A stretch of DNA of 64,000 nucleotides from the human T2T-CHM13v2.0 reference genome, Homo sapiens: NCBI RefSeq assembly GCF_009914755.1, contig NC_060930.1; one strand, 5' to 3'. This document shows positions 1-17,190 of this stretch, piece after piece. The position numbers and the translations under genes were made by a program. A model generated the notes under the pieces. That model was not told the origin of the DNA. It saw nothing but the letters and a program-made list of their open reading frames with translations, and did no database searches. Position 1 is the first letter of the stretch. Every line of letters begins with the position of its first letter.

Positions 1-210
1 ATCATGCATCCCCACTTGCCAAGTCTGCAGATGATAAACCCTTGATCTATTTTCTGGCATGGGCCTTTCCCAAGGGTAGGTCTTGTGGCTTGATGATGCA
101 CCACCCTCGGCACACTGATGCTTACCTCTGAGTCCAGCTTTGGGCTGCCTGTTTGCCTGGTATCACCTCTATGCTTTGAAGACAGAAAGTCTTTAAAATT
201 AAGACTTTAA

Positions 211-1115
211 GGGAGGAGCCAAGATGGCCGAATAGGAACAGCTCCGGTCTACAGCTCCCAGCGTGAGCGACGTGGAAGACGGGTGATTTCTGCATTTCCA
301 TCTGAGGTACCGGGTTCATCTCACTAGGGAGTGCCAGACAGTGGGCGCAGGTCAGTGGGTGCGCGCACCGTGCGCGAGCCGAAGCAGGGCGAGGCATTGC
401 CTCACTTGGGAAGCGCAAGGGGTCAGGGAGTTCCGTTTCCGAGTCAAAGAAAGGGGTGACGGACGCACCTGGAAAATCGGGTCACTCCCACCGGAATACT
501 GCGCTTTTCCGACCGGCTTAAAAAAGGGGCGCGCCACAAGATTATATCCCGCACCTGGCTTGTACGGTCCTACGCCCACGGAGTCTCGCTGATTACTAGC
601 ACAGCAGTCTGAGATCAAACTGCAAGGCGGCAGCGAGGCTGGGGGAGGGGCGCCCGCCATTGCCCAGGCTTGCTTAGGTAAACAAAGCAGCCAGGAAGCT
701 CGAACTGGGTGGAGCCCACCACAGCTCAAGGAGGCCTGCCTGCCTCTGTAGGCTCCACCTCTGGGGGCAGGGCACAGACAAACAAAAAGACAGCAGTAAC
801 CTCTGCAGACTTAAATGTCCCTGTCTGACAGCTTTGAAGAGAGCAGTGGTTCTCCCAGCACGCAGCTGGAGATCTGAGAATGGGCAGACTGCCTCCTCAA
901 GTGGGTCCCTGACCCCTGACCCCCGAGCAGCCTAACTGGGAGGCACCCCACAGCAGGGGCACACTGGCATCTCACACGGCAGGGTATTCCAACAGACCAG
1001 CAGCTGAGGGTCCCGTCTGTTAGAAGGAAAACTAACAAACAGAAAGGACATCCACACCAAAAACCCATCTGTACATCACCATCATCAAAGACCAAAAGTA
1101 GATAAAACCACAAAG
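211..1115 (+). promoter_or_regulatory. L1 5'UTR internal sense promoter and antisense promoter, CpG-rich
   Basis: YY1 site CAAGATGGCC intact at 220-229; many CpGs retained in 230-710. Promoter function is established knowledge for L1 5'UTRs. Confidence 0.85.
352..660 (-). CDS. ORF0: L1 antisense ORF0, frameshifted and C-terminally extended variant (102 aa versus canonical 71 aa)
   Basis: MAGAPPPASLPPCSLISDCCASNQRDSVGVGP starts at ATG 660. One extra base near 526-529 (AAAAAAGGGGCGCG versus consensus AAAAAACGGCGCA) shifts the frame after about codon 44. Confidence 0.7.
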   Translation of the reverse strand: MAGAPPPASLPPCSLISDCCASNQRDSVGVGPYKPGAGYNLVARPFFKPVGKAQYSGGSDPIFQVRPSPLSLTRKRNSLTPCASQVRQCLALLRLAHGARTH

Positions 1116-2132
1116 ATGGGGAAAAAACAGAACAGAAAAACTGGAAACTCTAAAAAGCAGAGCGCCTCTCCTCCTCCAAAGGAACGCAGTTCCTCACCAG
1201 CAACGGAACAAAGCTGGATGGAGAATGACTTTGACGAGCTGAGAGAAGAAGGCTTTAGACGATCAAATTACTCTGAGCTACAGGAGGACATTCAAACCAA
1301 AGGCAAAGAAGTTGAAAACTTTGAAAAAAATTTAGAAGAATGTATAACTAGAATAACCAATACAGAGAAGTGCTTAAAGGAGCTGATGGAGCTGAAAACC
1401 AAGGCTCGAGAACTACGTGAAGAATGCAGAAGCCTCAGGAGCCGATGCGATCAACTGGAAGAAAGGGTATCAGCGATGGAAGATGAAATGAATGAAATGA
1501 AGCGAGATGGGAAGTTTAGAGAAAAAAGAATAAAAAGAAATGAGGAAAGCCTCCAAGAAATATGGGACTATGTGAAAAGACCAAATCTACGTCTGATTGG
1601 TGTACCTGAAAGTGATGGGGAGAATGGAACCAAGTTGGAAAACACTCTGCAGGATATTATCCAGGAGAACTTCCCCAATCTAGCAAGGCAGGCCAACATT
1701 CAGATTCAGGAAATACAGAGAATGCCACAGAGATACTCCTCGAGAAGAGCAACTCCAAGATACATAATTGTCAGATTCACCAAAGTTGAAATGAAGGAAA
1801 AAATGTTAAGAGCAGCCAGAGAGAAAGGTCGGGTTACCCTCAAAGGGAAGCCCATCAGACTAACAGCGGATCTCTCGGCAGAAACCCTACAAGCCAGAAG
1901 AGAGTGGGGGCCAATATTCAATATTCTTAAAGAAAAGAATTTTCAACCCAGAATTTCATATCCAGCCAAACTAAGCTTCATAAGTGAAGGAGAAATAAAA
2001 TACTTTACAGACAAGCAAATGCTGAGAGATTTTGTCACCACCAGGCCTGCCCTAAAAGAGCTCCTGAAGGAAGCGCTAAACATGGAAAGGAGCAACGGGT
2101 ACCAGCCGCTGCAAAATCATGCCAAAATGTAA
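1116..2132 (+). CDS. ORF1: LINE-1 ORF1p (RNA-binding nucleic acid chaperone), intact, 338 aa
   Basis: Full-length translation MGKKQNRK...QNHAKM; REKG, ARR and YPAKLS motifs intact. Confidence 0.96.
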   Translation: MGKKQNRKTGNSKKQSASPPPKERSSSPATEQSWMENDFDELREEGFRRSNYSELQEDIQTKGKEVENFEKNLEECITRITNTEKCLKELMELKTKARELREECRSLRSRCDQLEERVSAMEDEMNEMKRDGKFREKRIKRNEESLQEIWDYVKRPNLRLIGVPESDGENGTKLENTLQDIIQENFPNLARQANIQIQEIQRMPQRYSSRRATPRYIIVRFTKVEMKEKMLRAAREKGRVTLKGKPIRLTADLSAETLQARREWGPIFNILKEKNFQPRISYPAKLSFISEGEIKYFTDKQMLRDFVTTRPALKELLKEALNMERSNGYQPLQNHAKM

Positions 2133-2180
2133 AGACCATCGAGACTAGGAAGAAACTGCATCAACTAACGAGCAAAATAA

Positions 2181-6021
<3,841 letters not shown>

Positions 6022-7378
6022 ACAATGAGATCACATGGACACAGGAAGGGGAATATCACACTCTGGGGACTGTTGTGGGGTTGGGGGAGGGTGGAGGGAT
6101 AGCACTGGGAGATATACCTAATGCTAGATGATGAGTTAGTGGGTGCAGCGCACCAGCATGGCACTTGTATACGTATGTAACTAACCTGCACAATGTGCAC
6201 ATGTACCCTAAAACTTAAAGTATAATAAAAAAAAAAAAAAGAAAGGAAAAAAAAGACTTCAATTCTCAGTTGTGCCCAGTGTTCTTCCCTGGGCCTATGA
6301 CAATCTCTGACTCTTTGTCAACCACATACAGCCTATGGAGCCCTGACCCCTCTCTGCTTTAAGCTGGCCATGTTGCCATTTCTACTCTCCTGTTGGTGCA
6401 GGCCATTCTACAGTTCTCCTTAAGGGGTAGCAAATGAGAATCAAAGCACATGCTCTTGGCTTCCCATTCAAAAACGTGCTCTTTCTGTGGTGTTCAACCC
6501 ATAAGGGTGGAAAAAAGGACATTCACATTTGACTCCTTGCTGCCCCTCCCTTTGTCTCTGGGTCCTCCTCTCTGGCCCCAGGAAAGTCTTGCATAATTTT
6601 CCAGATTTTTTTCTGCTTTATCATCTACTCTGTGGTCAGTCCTTTAAGCTCTGACTCATTGAAACATGCAATTTTTCCCATTTCTCATTAAAGCCTGGCT
6701 TTTGAAAGTCAAAAGTATTTGCTTTTAAGCTATTAACTCTCTATGGATTTAATAACCTCTGTTTTGAAACTTAAAGTCAAGCAATGATTCCCTTGTTCTT
6801 GGCAGCCCCCCACCCACTTCCACATGGCAATGAATTCCTCTGAACCATTGGGTAGGGCAGCTGCCAAACAACTCTAAAAGGGGATTACCACAAGACACAT
6901 TGGTTTGATATCTCAAAAATGGCATCCTTTATATCACTGGAAGTGAAATTGTTGAGTCAAAGAAAATGTATATTTTAAAGACTTTAAGTACATGTTAGTT
7001 ATCCTCCAGTAGACTATTAAGAGTGGCCTTTTAAACCTAAAAAAGTTAATATAAAAAATGAGTATTAGCATATTTTCATATTTGTCAAATAAAAATAATA
7101 AATAGTATCTTATTACTTTAATTGCTAAAAGCATGAACAAATTTGATAGACAACTTGGTAGTTATATTAACTCAATCATTTGATAAATATATATAGGTTC
7201 CATATGTGTGTTACGTAATGGGAAAAAATCTGCAAGACATATTCTATGACTCATATTCAAGAGGCTCACAGGCCAATGGGAACACAGCTTGTAAATAAGT
7301 AATTGCCTCTGAACGTCAAAATGAAGAGTGATAGGAATAAACTTTTACACATTCAATGTTTTAAAAAATTCCATGAGT

Positions 7379-7680
7379 CACTGGGCTTGGTGGCTCATGC
7401 CTGTAATACCAGCACTTTGGGAGGCTGAAGCAGGCTGATCGCTTGAGCCCAAGAGTTCAAGACCACCCTGGGCAACATGGCAAAACTCCATCTCTACTAA
7501 AAATACAAAAAATTAGCTGGGCTTGGTGGCATGTGCCTGTAGTCCCACATATTCAGGAAGCTGAGGCGGGAGGAGCACCTGAGTCTGGGAAGTCAAGCCT
7601 GCAGTGAATATAGAGCATGCCACTGTACTCCAGCCTGGGCGACAGAGTGAAATCCTGTCTAAAGAAAGAAAGAAAAATAC
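7379..7680 (+). mobile_element. AluJ
   Basis: Dimeric Alu with J diagnostics (GATCGCTTGAGCCCAAGAG); TSD ATTCCATGAGTC at 7368-7379 and 7681-7692. Confidence 0.93.
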
Positions 7681-7789
7681 ATTCCATGAGTCCACACTGA
7701 TACTTATAAAGGGTTTTTCTTTTCCTTTGCTTTTAGGGAGGGAGAAATGGAAAAGTTTTCTTTATTCTTTTAAAAAGCCAACTAATAAA

Positions 7790-9045
7790 TGTAGAGGGAA
7801 TTAAAGAAACAGGAAGTAATTCATTTACTGGCATCTAGCATCATAACAATAATTGACTCAGTTAGGAATCATCATTAGATGCTAGAATTATGGGATGAAA
7901 ACTTGTTGAGAGCAGCATATGGAAAAATTGAGTTGAGGGACACTCTATTATTAAATTACCAAATTTAACATCAACAGTAATGGAAAAAAACTGACATTAT
8001 GTACCTTTGATGTGATGTGATAAAGAGTATACAATATCATCATCTATGTATATTCTTGCCAAAAATGTTTAACCTAAATTAATCATAAAGAAACATTCAA
8101 GTCAGACAAATTCAAATGGAAGCACATTCTGTAAACAACTGCCCAGAATTCTTTAAAAATGTCAACACCACAAAACCTACTCTGTGTCAGTCCATTTGAA
8201 TTACTATAAAGAAATACCTGAGACTGGGTGGTTTACAAAGAAAAGAGATATCTTTTGGCTCATGGTTCTGCAGGCCATACAAGAATGGCACCAACATCTG
8301 CTCAGTTTCTGGTGAGACCTCAGGAAGCTTACAATCATGGCAGAAGGCCAAGAGGAGCAGGCATATCACAAGGCAAGAAAGGGAATAAGAAAGAGAGGGG
8401 AAACTCCTAGACTCTTAAACAACCAAATCTCGTGTGGACTAAGTGAGAACTCACTCATTACTATGGGGAGGCCACCAAGCTATTCATGAGGGATCTACCT
8501 CCATGGCCCAAACACTTCCCACCAGGTCCCACCTCCAACATTTGGAATCACCTTTCAAGATGAGATTTGGAGGGGACAAATATCCAAACCATATCACATT
8601 CCCATTATGCCCCCTCCCAAAAGGCTATGAAACTTTTCTAGATCAAATAAGACAAAAGATATATACCAACGAAATACTACAAGTAACTACTGATTGGATC
8701 CTGAATCCAAAAACACCTTTAAAAGAAATTATTGGGCAATGGAGGAATATTTAAATAGGAACAAGTATATTAGATAATAGTTTCATTTCAATATTAAATA
8801 TTCTGAATATGGCTGTGAAGGAAAATGTCCTTGTTATTAAGAGATGCACTCTGAAGTATCTAGTGGTGAAATAGAGTGATATTTACAAGTAACTTTCAAA
8901 TGGTGGAGAGAGAAAAAGAGGAGATGGAGGGAAAGAGAAAGAAAACATTGCAAACTAGGTGAATCTAGATGAAGGGTATATCCATTATACTATTTGGTCA
9001 CATCCCATACTTCTGAATTATTTTGAAATAAATACTTGGGGAAAA
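7790..9045 (+). mobile_element. Old L1M (MC/ME-type) 3' fragment interrupted by MSTB
   Basis: Degenerate L1M 3'UTR-like motifs on both sides of the LTR; boundaries approximate. Confidence 0.55.
8183..8596 (-). mobile_element. MSTB-like MaLR solo LTR
   Basis: Ends TGTGTCAGTCC...CAAACCATATCA, the reverse complement of TGATATGGTTTGG...GACTAATACA; internal GGCTCATGGTTCTGCAGGC. Confidence 0.88.
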
Positions 9046-9677
9046 ACATTAAGTGATTGTAAAAAATAATAATTCCCGTACACCACGAAAATGGCATGAG
9101 AAAGGCAGTAATTACGAACAGAGATGGCATAAACCTTTCTCCTCTTTTCTTCTCCGTGTACCTCTACTTCTTGGTGACAGTACACTATCCTGTGCCTGAA
9201 ACACCATCTGATGCCAATGACTGACTAAGTGATATCTCTAGTTCTGTCTTGTCTTCTGAATTTTTTACTGCTGAATCCCCATTGCCTGGCACCTAGTAGG
9301 TCAAATGCTTGAGAATGAATGAATACATTCTGCTTGGAGGAGAGAAGGGCAATGTCATTGGGTAAGAGATTCTTTATCTAGATCTTTAAAAGTGAGTAGA
9401 TGTTAGTAGTAAGGTGAATGGGAAGATGGCCTGTACATCCGTAGTTGACTCTTTCTCCAATGCCTTGGTCTAGACAATAAATGATCAACACAAGCTGAGG
9501 CAGAGAGGTGGGGCAGGGGGAGAAGTGGAGCGTGCCCATCCTGTATGATAGTAATGACAGATCCTCAGCTAGTTGTTTTTCTGTGGTAAGGTAGACCAAG
9601 AATTTCCAACTCTGATTTTAAGAAGAAACTGAAAATCTACAGATTTCTGGAAATTTTCTCAATTATTAAAAGTCTTC

Positions 9678-9798
9678 TTTTTAAATTTATTTTAAGTTCT
9701 AGGATATATGTGCAGGATGTGCAGGTTTGTTACATAGGTAAACGTGTGCCATGGTGGTTTGCTGCACCTATCAATCCATCACCTAGGTATTAAGCCCC
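9678..9798 (-). mobile_element. Short L1PA (about PA8-10) 3' end
   Basis: GTGCAGGTTTGTTACATAGGTAAACGTGTGCCATGGTGGTTTGCTGCACC is the reverse of the L1PA 3'UTR terminus. Confidence 0.85.
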
Positions 9799-10539
9799 TC
9801 AGGCTCAAACAAAATAAGTATTCTGGATGAATGACACAGTTTGCAGTCCCAGATCTGAAACATGATTAGTAGCAAAAGATAAGTAGGGCCAGCAGAAAGA
9901 ACAAATCTTGGAGACTCTTGTGAAAGATATGCTATAAGAGATAGAGCCAGGTTTTAGGGGAAGATTAAGTATGTTTGATGAGAGAGACAGAAAAAATGAT
10001 CACCAGTCAAATCGGAAGAAGGGAGACAAGTCCTAAATAAGACATTTAAAAAAAACCTGTTAGTCATTGGGGCACAAAAAAACATAACCTCAAAAGAGGG
10101 TCACACACACATACACAACAAGATAGCTTCACCTTTAAAAGTGAGCCCAGTATAGTGTTAGCTTCCCAGAGCCCCTCTGCTCTGGAGGGACCTGGGAGTA
10201 CAGTGGAGCCTGGCAGAAGAGGTGTTTGTAGTAAGAATTGGAGAGTGGGGCCTGTCCAAGTGGAACTGAAGCAAAAATTTCATGTTGAATCTCCCTGGGT
10301 TCACACAGATCATTCCAGGAGTCCTGCTTCCACTGGAGAGGGCAAGAACTGAAAAGCAGTGGGCACGGGCACTGGAGCTTGATAGCACATTCCCAACTCT
10401 GTAATCTTCCCTCAATCACCCCCTCACCAATTTTGCCTTTTGTTTTCCCTAAGAAACATAGAAATGTTTGTCCAACTGGAGGAAACATTGATAGCATCTG
10501 TAATTTGCATTATTTTGCTTTTTTGGTCTCCATATTTAC

Positions 10540-11040
10540 AACCATTCAATGTCTGTTTTTGAGCATCTGCTTGGTGCCAGGCACTGTATCAGGTACTAGA
10601 GACACAGCAAAGAGCAAGACAGATCATTAAATAAAGATATTACTTGTATATAAAAATAAATCCTATAAAAGTCAAGGCATGATTTTTTTCAGGAAAAAAA
10701 AATAGAAGTATGTTTAGACAAAATCTACAGGACAAGGAGATTGCAGTGAGTTAGTCTCAGAGAACACCAATTTAAATTTTCATTCAATCATTCACTATTT
10801 TTACAATAATTTATTGATTATTGACTATTGCTCAGCTATAGAAGTTACTAGAGAGAAAAAAAACAAATTTTTACTGTTTGAGAGTTCACATTCTAAGGAG
10901 GAAGCTCAACATTTATATAAATAAGTAATTATGATATGTATAATAAGAATAGAGTTTTGAGCAAAGTGTTTAGGATCTCAGTGAAGGAAGAAATTAATTC
11001 TACTTAAGGGTCTGAGAAGTCTTCTCTGGAAAGTAGAGAA
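10540..11040 (-). mobile_element. L2 fragments
   Basis: TGAGCATCTGCTTGGTGCCAGGCACTG and TTCATTCAATCATTCA are L2 3'-end motifs. Confidence 0.55.
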
Positions 11041-13389
11041 GAAATCTGGATTTGTTTGGTGATGTACTAAGAAATGGTCATAAATTGTAAATACTGAATA
11101 GAAAATATATTAGAGAGACCTGTAGAAATTAAGAACTGAAGGGGAGTGGTCTTGGGAAGAAGTTTTATGAAAGTGGACCTGTGCTGTACAGTACTAGGAA
11201 AGAGACAAAGTTGACTGCGGGAACTGTACATAAATGGGATGTCTGGCTTTACCCTTCCACCACATGTGAGGCTTTTGGAACAAAACGTTAATAGAAGGTG
11301 TGGGGATATTGATACAAATTATATCCTGATAACTTGTGAAACAATTTGCATCTCATCATTTTAAAATCCCCATAATCTTCTCAAATCAGGCCGAGAACCT
11401 TCAGGATCTGTTACACTTGTGTAAGAAGGTGGTGGGATGCAATTCCCTATGATGGATTCAGGCAGTCTTTTCCCACACTCAGTGGAGTACCAAGGGTGAA
11501 AGGCAAAACAGCATTTAACACAGGCAGGAAGAGGCTGCAATGTAGAGAATTTTTTAAAAAATAATAAAACTGGCCAAAAATTAGTTCACTTTTTATTTTC
11601 ACCATGAGTGCACAATTCTTACCCATGTCAGTGATAAAACGCTTCTTCCCAAAATATGTTCTCTAAGTTCCAAGCAATTATTGTGATTGCTGTTTGAGTT
11701 CTAATGTGAAAGCTGTAAGTGATCACATTTTTTGTTACTCCTCATTTAATAGGCATTATTTTTGACATGGAAGTTAACACAGAGTTCCCAGTTTTACAGC
11801 TATACTACAACACACACACAGACTCAGCTATACATGTTCATTTAGAAAGTAGTTCATAACAGGTTAAAATTATTTGAGCCTGTGTAACTTATGTCTGCAA
11901 CCCCTAAGAGACTACGAAGTCTTTCATTTAAATAGTAGATACGAACTAAACAGGGATAGCTGTGTGGATTTTTTTCTTCTCTGATTTTTTTTGTTGTTGT
12001 TGCAAATGAGGTTAATCACACACACACAAAATTTGCAAATAGCTAGTGTTATTCTTGAACGATGAGCAGTGAAAACCAGCTTTAAAATCCTTTCTTGATT
12101 GGCTCACAAAAATTGTGAAATATTCCATTTACCATTTCATAAAAAAAGAGAATCAAATTTTGAGAATAAAATTCTCTTCATTGTCTGTGTTTATTTTCTG
12201 GCCATGAGTTATTGTTTATTTCTTAATTATTCTGAAAATAATTATGTTGTAATGAGGAAGGGATGTTCATAAATGATCCCCTCTGAGTGTCAAGAATGCT
12301 GGGCACATTAGTACCTATTCACAAACTTCTCTAGCAGTGAGCTGAAGCAGCTAGAGGAAGTTTAAGGCAAAGAAGCAAAAGTCAGCTCTTCCCCAAATGT
12401 GGCTGTCTTCAGAAACTTGGTTTCCTAGAACTCATGGACTCAACGGTGAATGTGGTTGGGGGACTCATGGTTTTAGTGGAAACTGAGTATTACAATTTTC
12501 AAAACACTTGAAACTCCATTTGTAAAATTCTCACAGGTAGACATTCCATAAACAAAAGATGTTAGTATATTACCATAAATAACTCAAGTTATTATGATTA
12601 CTCAAGTTATATTGTATGCTGATTTAAGGTACCTTTTATCATAGAAGAGAAATAAAAGATCTTTTGCATCAATGAGAGTGCTTGAATAAATCACTCCTGT
12701 GAATTAACATGTCACAGAAGAGAAGCGGACCCCGATATAACAGATTCAATGGATAAGAAGGAGGGACAAAATTCTGCATCACCAGTTTGAGATGTACTTC
12801 CAAAATCCACCTTCTAATGGACAGAAAAAGCAAGGCCATGTGGAAATTGTCTATAACACTATTTAAGGGATATTTTCTGTCATTGGTTACATTCAGCATT
12901 GATTTGTCATTTTGATTTCATTAGTGGTCCTTATGACTTGGATGCTCACATTCTGCTTGAGGAGCTATAATTACATTTTGTCAACCAAGCTAATCTGATT
13001 TTTGCATGCACAATAACTTCCAGATCTAACCTACTTCAAGAGTCCTATGCTGTTGCTGCTGCTTCTACTGCTACTACCACAAATAGTGATGTGTCACAGA
13101 ACTTTAAAGAGTTTTTAAAAGTATTTAGATAAATAATCTCTCCCCAAGTTTCTTAAAATTAGAACTGCGTGTGATATAATAATAATCAAATCTGGAGATA
13201 TACATGTTAAGTGCTCATGCTGGCACTTCTCTTCCCACACCAATGCAGACATTACTAACCACTCTTTAGCACTAAGCCTAGATACCCCTCTGAGTCTTTC
13301 ACAATTATCAGTGGATGTCCAGGCAGCCACTAACCTATCATCTTGTATTGGCATTACAAGAGAAAATATAGTTTCTATTCCTGATATAG

Positions 13390-13510
13390 TGTAATTTATC
13401 ATTTTACAGATAAAGAAATGCTCAAAAAGGACTGCACAGTAAATTAGTTGCAGAGTTAGGACAAGAACATATCTTATCTCCTGACTCTCAGCCCAGTACC
13501 CTTTCTACTG
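13390..13510 (-). mobile_element. MIR
   Basis: CATTTTACAGATAAAGAAA core motif. Confidence 0.6.
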
Positions 13511-16500
13511 TCTCATGTGTAGTTTTCCGTAACATAACACCCAAATGACTAATCAGATTCTGGTTTCAAAATTTAAAAACTCACAATGACTTTTAAATTT
13601 CATTATTCAGAAAGCTGTTCTAATAAAGAGACTTTGGTCCAATATATTTACTACCTCATCTGGTCACCATCCTTTACACAGCAAGTATAATCAGTTATCT
13701 CTAGGGGGCAGAGGGTGATTTCAGCAGTTGCTGAAATACATGCATTTATAAAGACTGCTAGCATTTTTACATCCTACAAAAATGCACAGAACCAATCCCA
13801 AAACATCACCAACCCTCAAATAGAAGGATTCTAGCTACATGTGAGGGGGGGTAGCTGATCAAAGTCAGCTGAGACTAATAAACATGAAAAAGAAGAGCTG
13901 AAGAGAAAGACAGATGCCGATGAGTACTTCTCACCATTTAAGACAACTTATAATTCTAACCATTCTGCTAAAAACAGACAACGGACTGATTGCTATTGTT
14001 TTACTGATTAACTATTCTCTCTGCTTTGTCCCAAAAGGCACCCTGGCAAACTTTGCTTAGTAAATATTGACACCTGTACACCAAGCTGGCTAATGCCATT
14101 GGCTCTTCAGCAATCTTCCCATCTGTTGCCTGAGAATTTTAAGCAACGTATTTTGGGAATCTTGCTCTCTTTCCATTGTAAACTGTAAAAAATGCTACCC
14201 AGAAGCTAATCCGAAAGCCACATGGCCCTAGAGGGGTCTGTGGTAAGTAAAGGGAAATGTAGTCTAATATGTAAAATGCATATCCCACTGGCCTCCGCGG
14301 CCACCCTGTCTTTAGTTAACAGCATGCCAGGGTAATCTGCTTAGTTACCAAGTGGGGCTTTTTTCCCTCTTCCCCATGAGATCACCCAGACCACGATCAA
14401 AGCCCAAACACACTCTCTGCCAGCTCTATTGTTCCCCAGAGTGGGATTAATGACTAATTATGTCAGGTCACTCATCCAGATGGCCTCTCAGATGTTCCTT
14501 TGTCATTGTCTGACCTTCCATATGCCCCTTTGACCTTGAGGTTTATTTCCATGGAAACATGAAGCCTCAGTTTCCTTGCTGAGATTGCCAAGAATTGGCC
14601 AAAAGGAGGGATACAGGATAATCTACCCATAGTTTGTATTCTGCTTCCATCTCATGCCTTGTTAAATCCAATGAATAGATAAAAAATGCTATCTGGTCCC
14701 AGCTGAGTGATGACCATGGTCATGATTCTATGTTACATGCTATGTTTTTTAAATTAGCAGACAGCTTTGTACATGGAAACGTGCATTCAATTTGAAGAAC
14801 ATCAATCGCCATAATGTGATCTTTTTATCTCATTAATGTTAAGCAAGGGTAATAGAATGGAATTACAAAATATCACTGTGAAAGGAATACAATTCAGAGA
14901 ATTATAGATATCCTCCATTAAAGCCCTAGAGATGTTTGGATAAGTCAACTTGTTCAGTTTCATAAATTAAAGATTCTTTACTCACTACCTTTTCTGGGGT
15001 TTAAATTCTAGCCTCAGATGTTGATCTTAATCTGAAGAAGGATTTTAAGGTTGTTAGTAAAATAGAAAAAATTTCCTCAAAACTACCAAATAAGTAAATA
15101 AAAATAGAATAGGAGACTGACTCATGAACTCAATTAAATAAAAAAGGCTGGATATGTATTTGCATGGGATAAAATGTATTTCCCTTCATAGTTTAAAGAG
15201 GACTAAGGAATAATTTAAATGCCTAAAACAGGGAGGCTAATTCACCTCTTCCAAGTTCATCCAAGAATAAAATGTCTGTCTCTATACATGAATTCATACA
15301 AGCCCAGAGGTCCCACGGAGAATGCAAGCAGAGTGGGAAGTACTCACATGTGCCCAAGTTTCCCTGGCAGGGTGGCAATTTATTAATCTTCCCTCACCAA
15401 TGGTCAAGAAGCTGCAGATTCCAGCTGAGAGTTTTCGGTGTATTTAAGAAGAAAATTAGAGAGCTAGGTGAAAGAAAGGATTTTGTTCCTTGCATTGTTC
15501 TTGAAGGGCCATTTTTGCTTTCAGAATCCAGAAAGGAAGACTGGGTGAAAAGAAAAACTCACCCTGGTTAATGGCAACCAGTCCCCTCCACTCCCCTTCC
15601 CAGGGCTCTAAGGCCCTTTGGAAGCAGTGACGGTGCCTTGCTCATTACTAACTACAGTCATCTTTAATACTTCAGTGCCCAGCACAGTGCTTGGCATAAT
15701 CTAGATTTCTAAGAGCTTGCTGAAGGAGTGAATGTGAGATAAATGTTAGTGCCAGACTAGGTGGACCAGAAAGCTTGATCTTTCTCTTTTTTTTCATTCC
15801 AATAACACAGTCAGAAATTGTCTGATTAAAAAACATTTTGTATATGCAAGTTTAGCCTAAAGGAACACAAATTCAACATGTCACAGAGAAATCCTTTCTT
15901 TCCACTAAAAGAAGACAACTGTGCTTAAAGAATAGTAACTATACAGTAGATTTCCACAAGGTATAAAAGGACACCATGTTCCTAATCATTTGAGAATGTG
16001 GCCAGGAAACTCCTGCCATGTTTCAGACCCCTTGCTCTATGTCTTTGTAATGTCCCCATTCCACATGAGATACTCATTATATCTTCTGGCTATGTCATCA
16101 CTACTCCCAGACAAAGATTCTCTCCCTTCTCAGAATAGCACTGCTAGCTACATGGCTAACCAAGAGCCTACACTATGGATGTAGAGTGGTGGCAGGTGAC
16201 CTGTAGACAGTGGTACTATAAATCTGCTACCTTCCAGATTATTCAATAATGTAATTAAGTGGTGCTTATTATTTCCAATATGTAGAAGAGAGATTCCCCC
16301 ACCCCCCACTGGGACCATATCTACTGAAGTAATTTTTAAAATTCCCAGGGAGAAATGCTTTGTCTTTCATATGACTCATAGACAAAGAATAATCTTAATA
16401 AGAAGTATGTCCCAAATGTTGACATTTCTACTTCAGCAAAATCATTACCTAAACATAATTTCAAATGTCCCATTATCTGAGGCATCAGATCTGACACTTT

Positions 16501-16789
16501 TCTAGGTCTCAGTTTCCTCATCTGTAAGTCATACAAACGCACCCTGCTAGTCCTTGCAATAACTACAAGTTGAAATAATTCTCTCAACAGGTCTTAGAAT
16601 CCTTATGTACTGGAACTAAAATACTCATGGTTGCCTAAAAGATTCATGTGAGTCAGCTAGTCTATTAGAATATTACATCAAGGGGGAAATTACTGTATCA
16701 AGGAATAAGGAACTGGAGATCAGTATCATCCAAGTATTGCTTGTTTGATATTTATGGTCCTTGTAAATTGCCTTGTAAGTAGTTTTATA

Positions 16790-17190
16790 TCAATGAAAAA
16801 AATACTTGTGAAGTATCTATAATGTGTCAGGCACTGGCTTAGTTTCTGGAGATACAATAATGACAATCTCAAGTTGCTCTTAGCCTAGTAAGGAAACTGA
16901 GACGTAAACCCAAATGCCTTGGGAAAACATGAGACGACTTCCTGGAGGAAGTGATATCTAAGCTGAGTTGAGCCCTAAATAAGGGCAGACATAGAAAACA
17001 GGGGAAGAAAGAGTGAGAAAAAGCATCCAGAAAGAGGGAGCAGTTTATGCCAAATTCTTCAGAAAAACATAGCAGGCCAAATTTAGAGATTTGCAAGTAG
17101 TTCCATATGACTGAGGTATGCAGTGATGAAGGTGACGATGGGGAGGTGTACAGGAGTCCCATCATCAGAAGCCTCATCTTAGAGAATCTA
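16790..17190 (-). mobile_element. L2
   Basis: ATGTGTCAGGCACTG and GACTTCCTGGAGGAAGTGATATCTAAGCTGAG motifs. Confidence 0.65.

Noticed and set aside
15348-15719. Two adjacent minus-strand exon-like segments (15719-15563 and 15463-15348)
   Set aside because: The first acceptor derives from an L2 3' end. This shows how common pseudo-exons are, so I did not call them as features.
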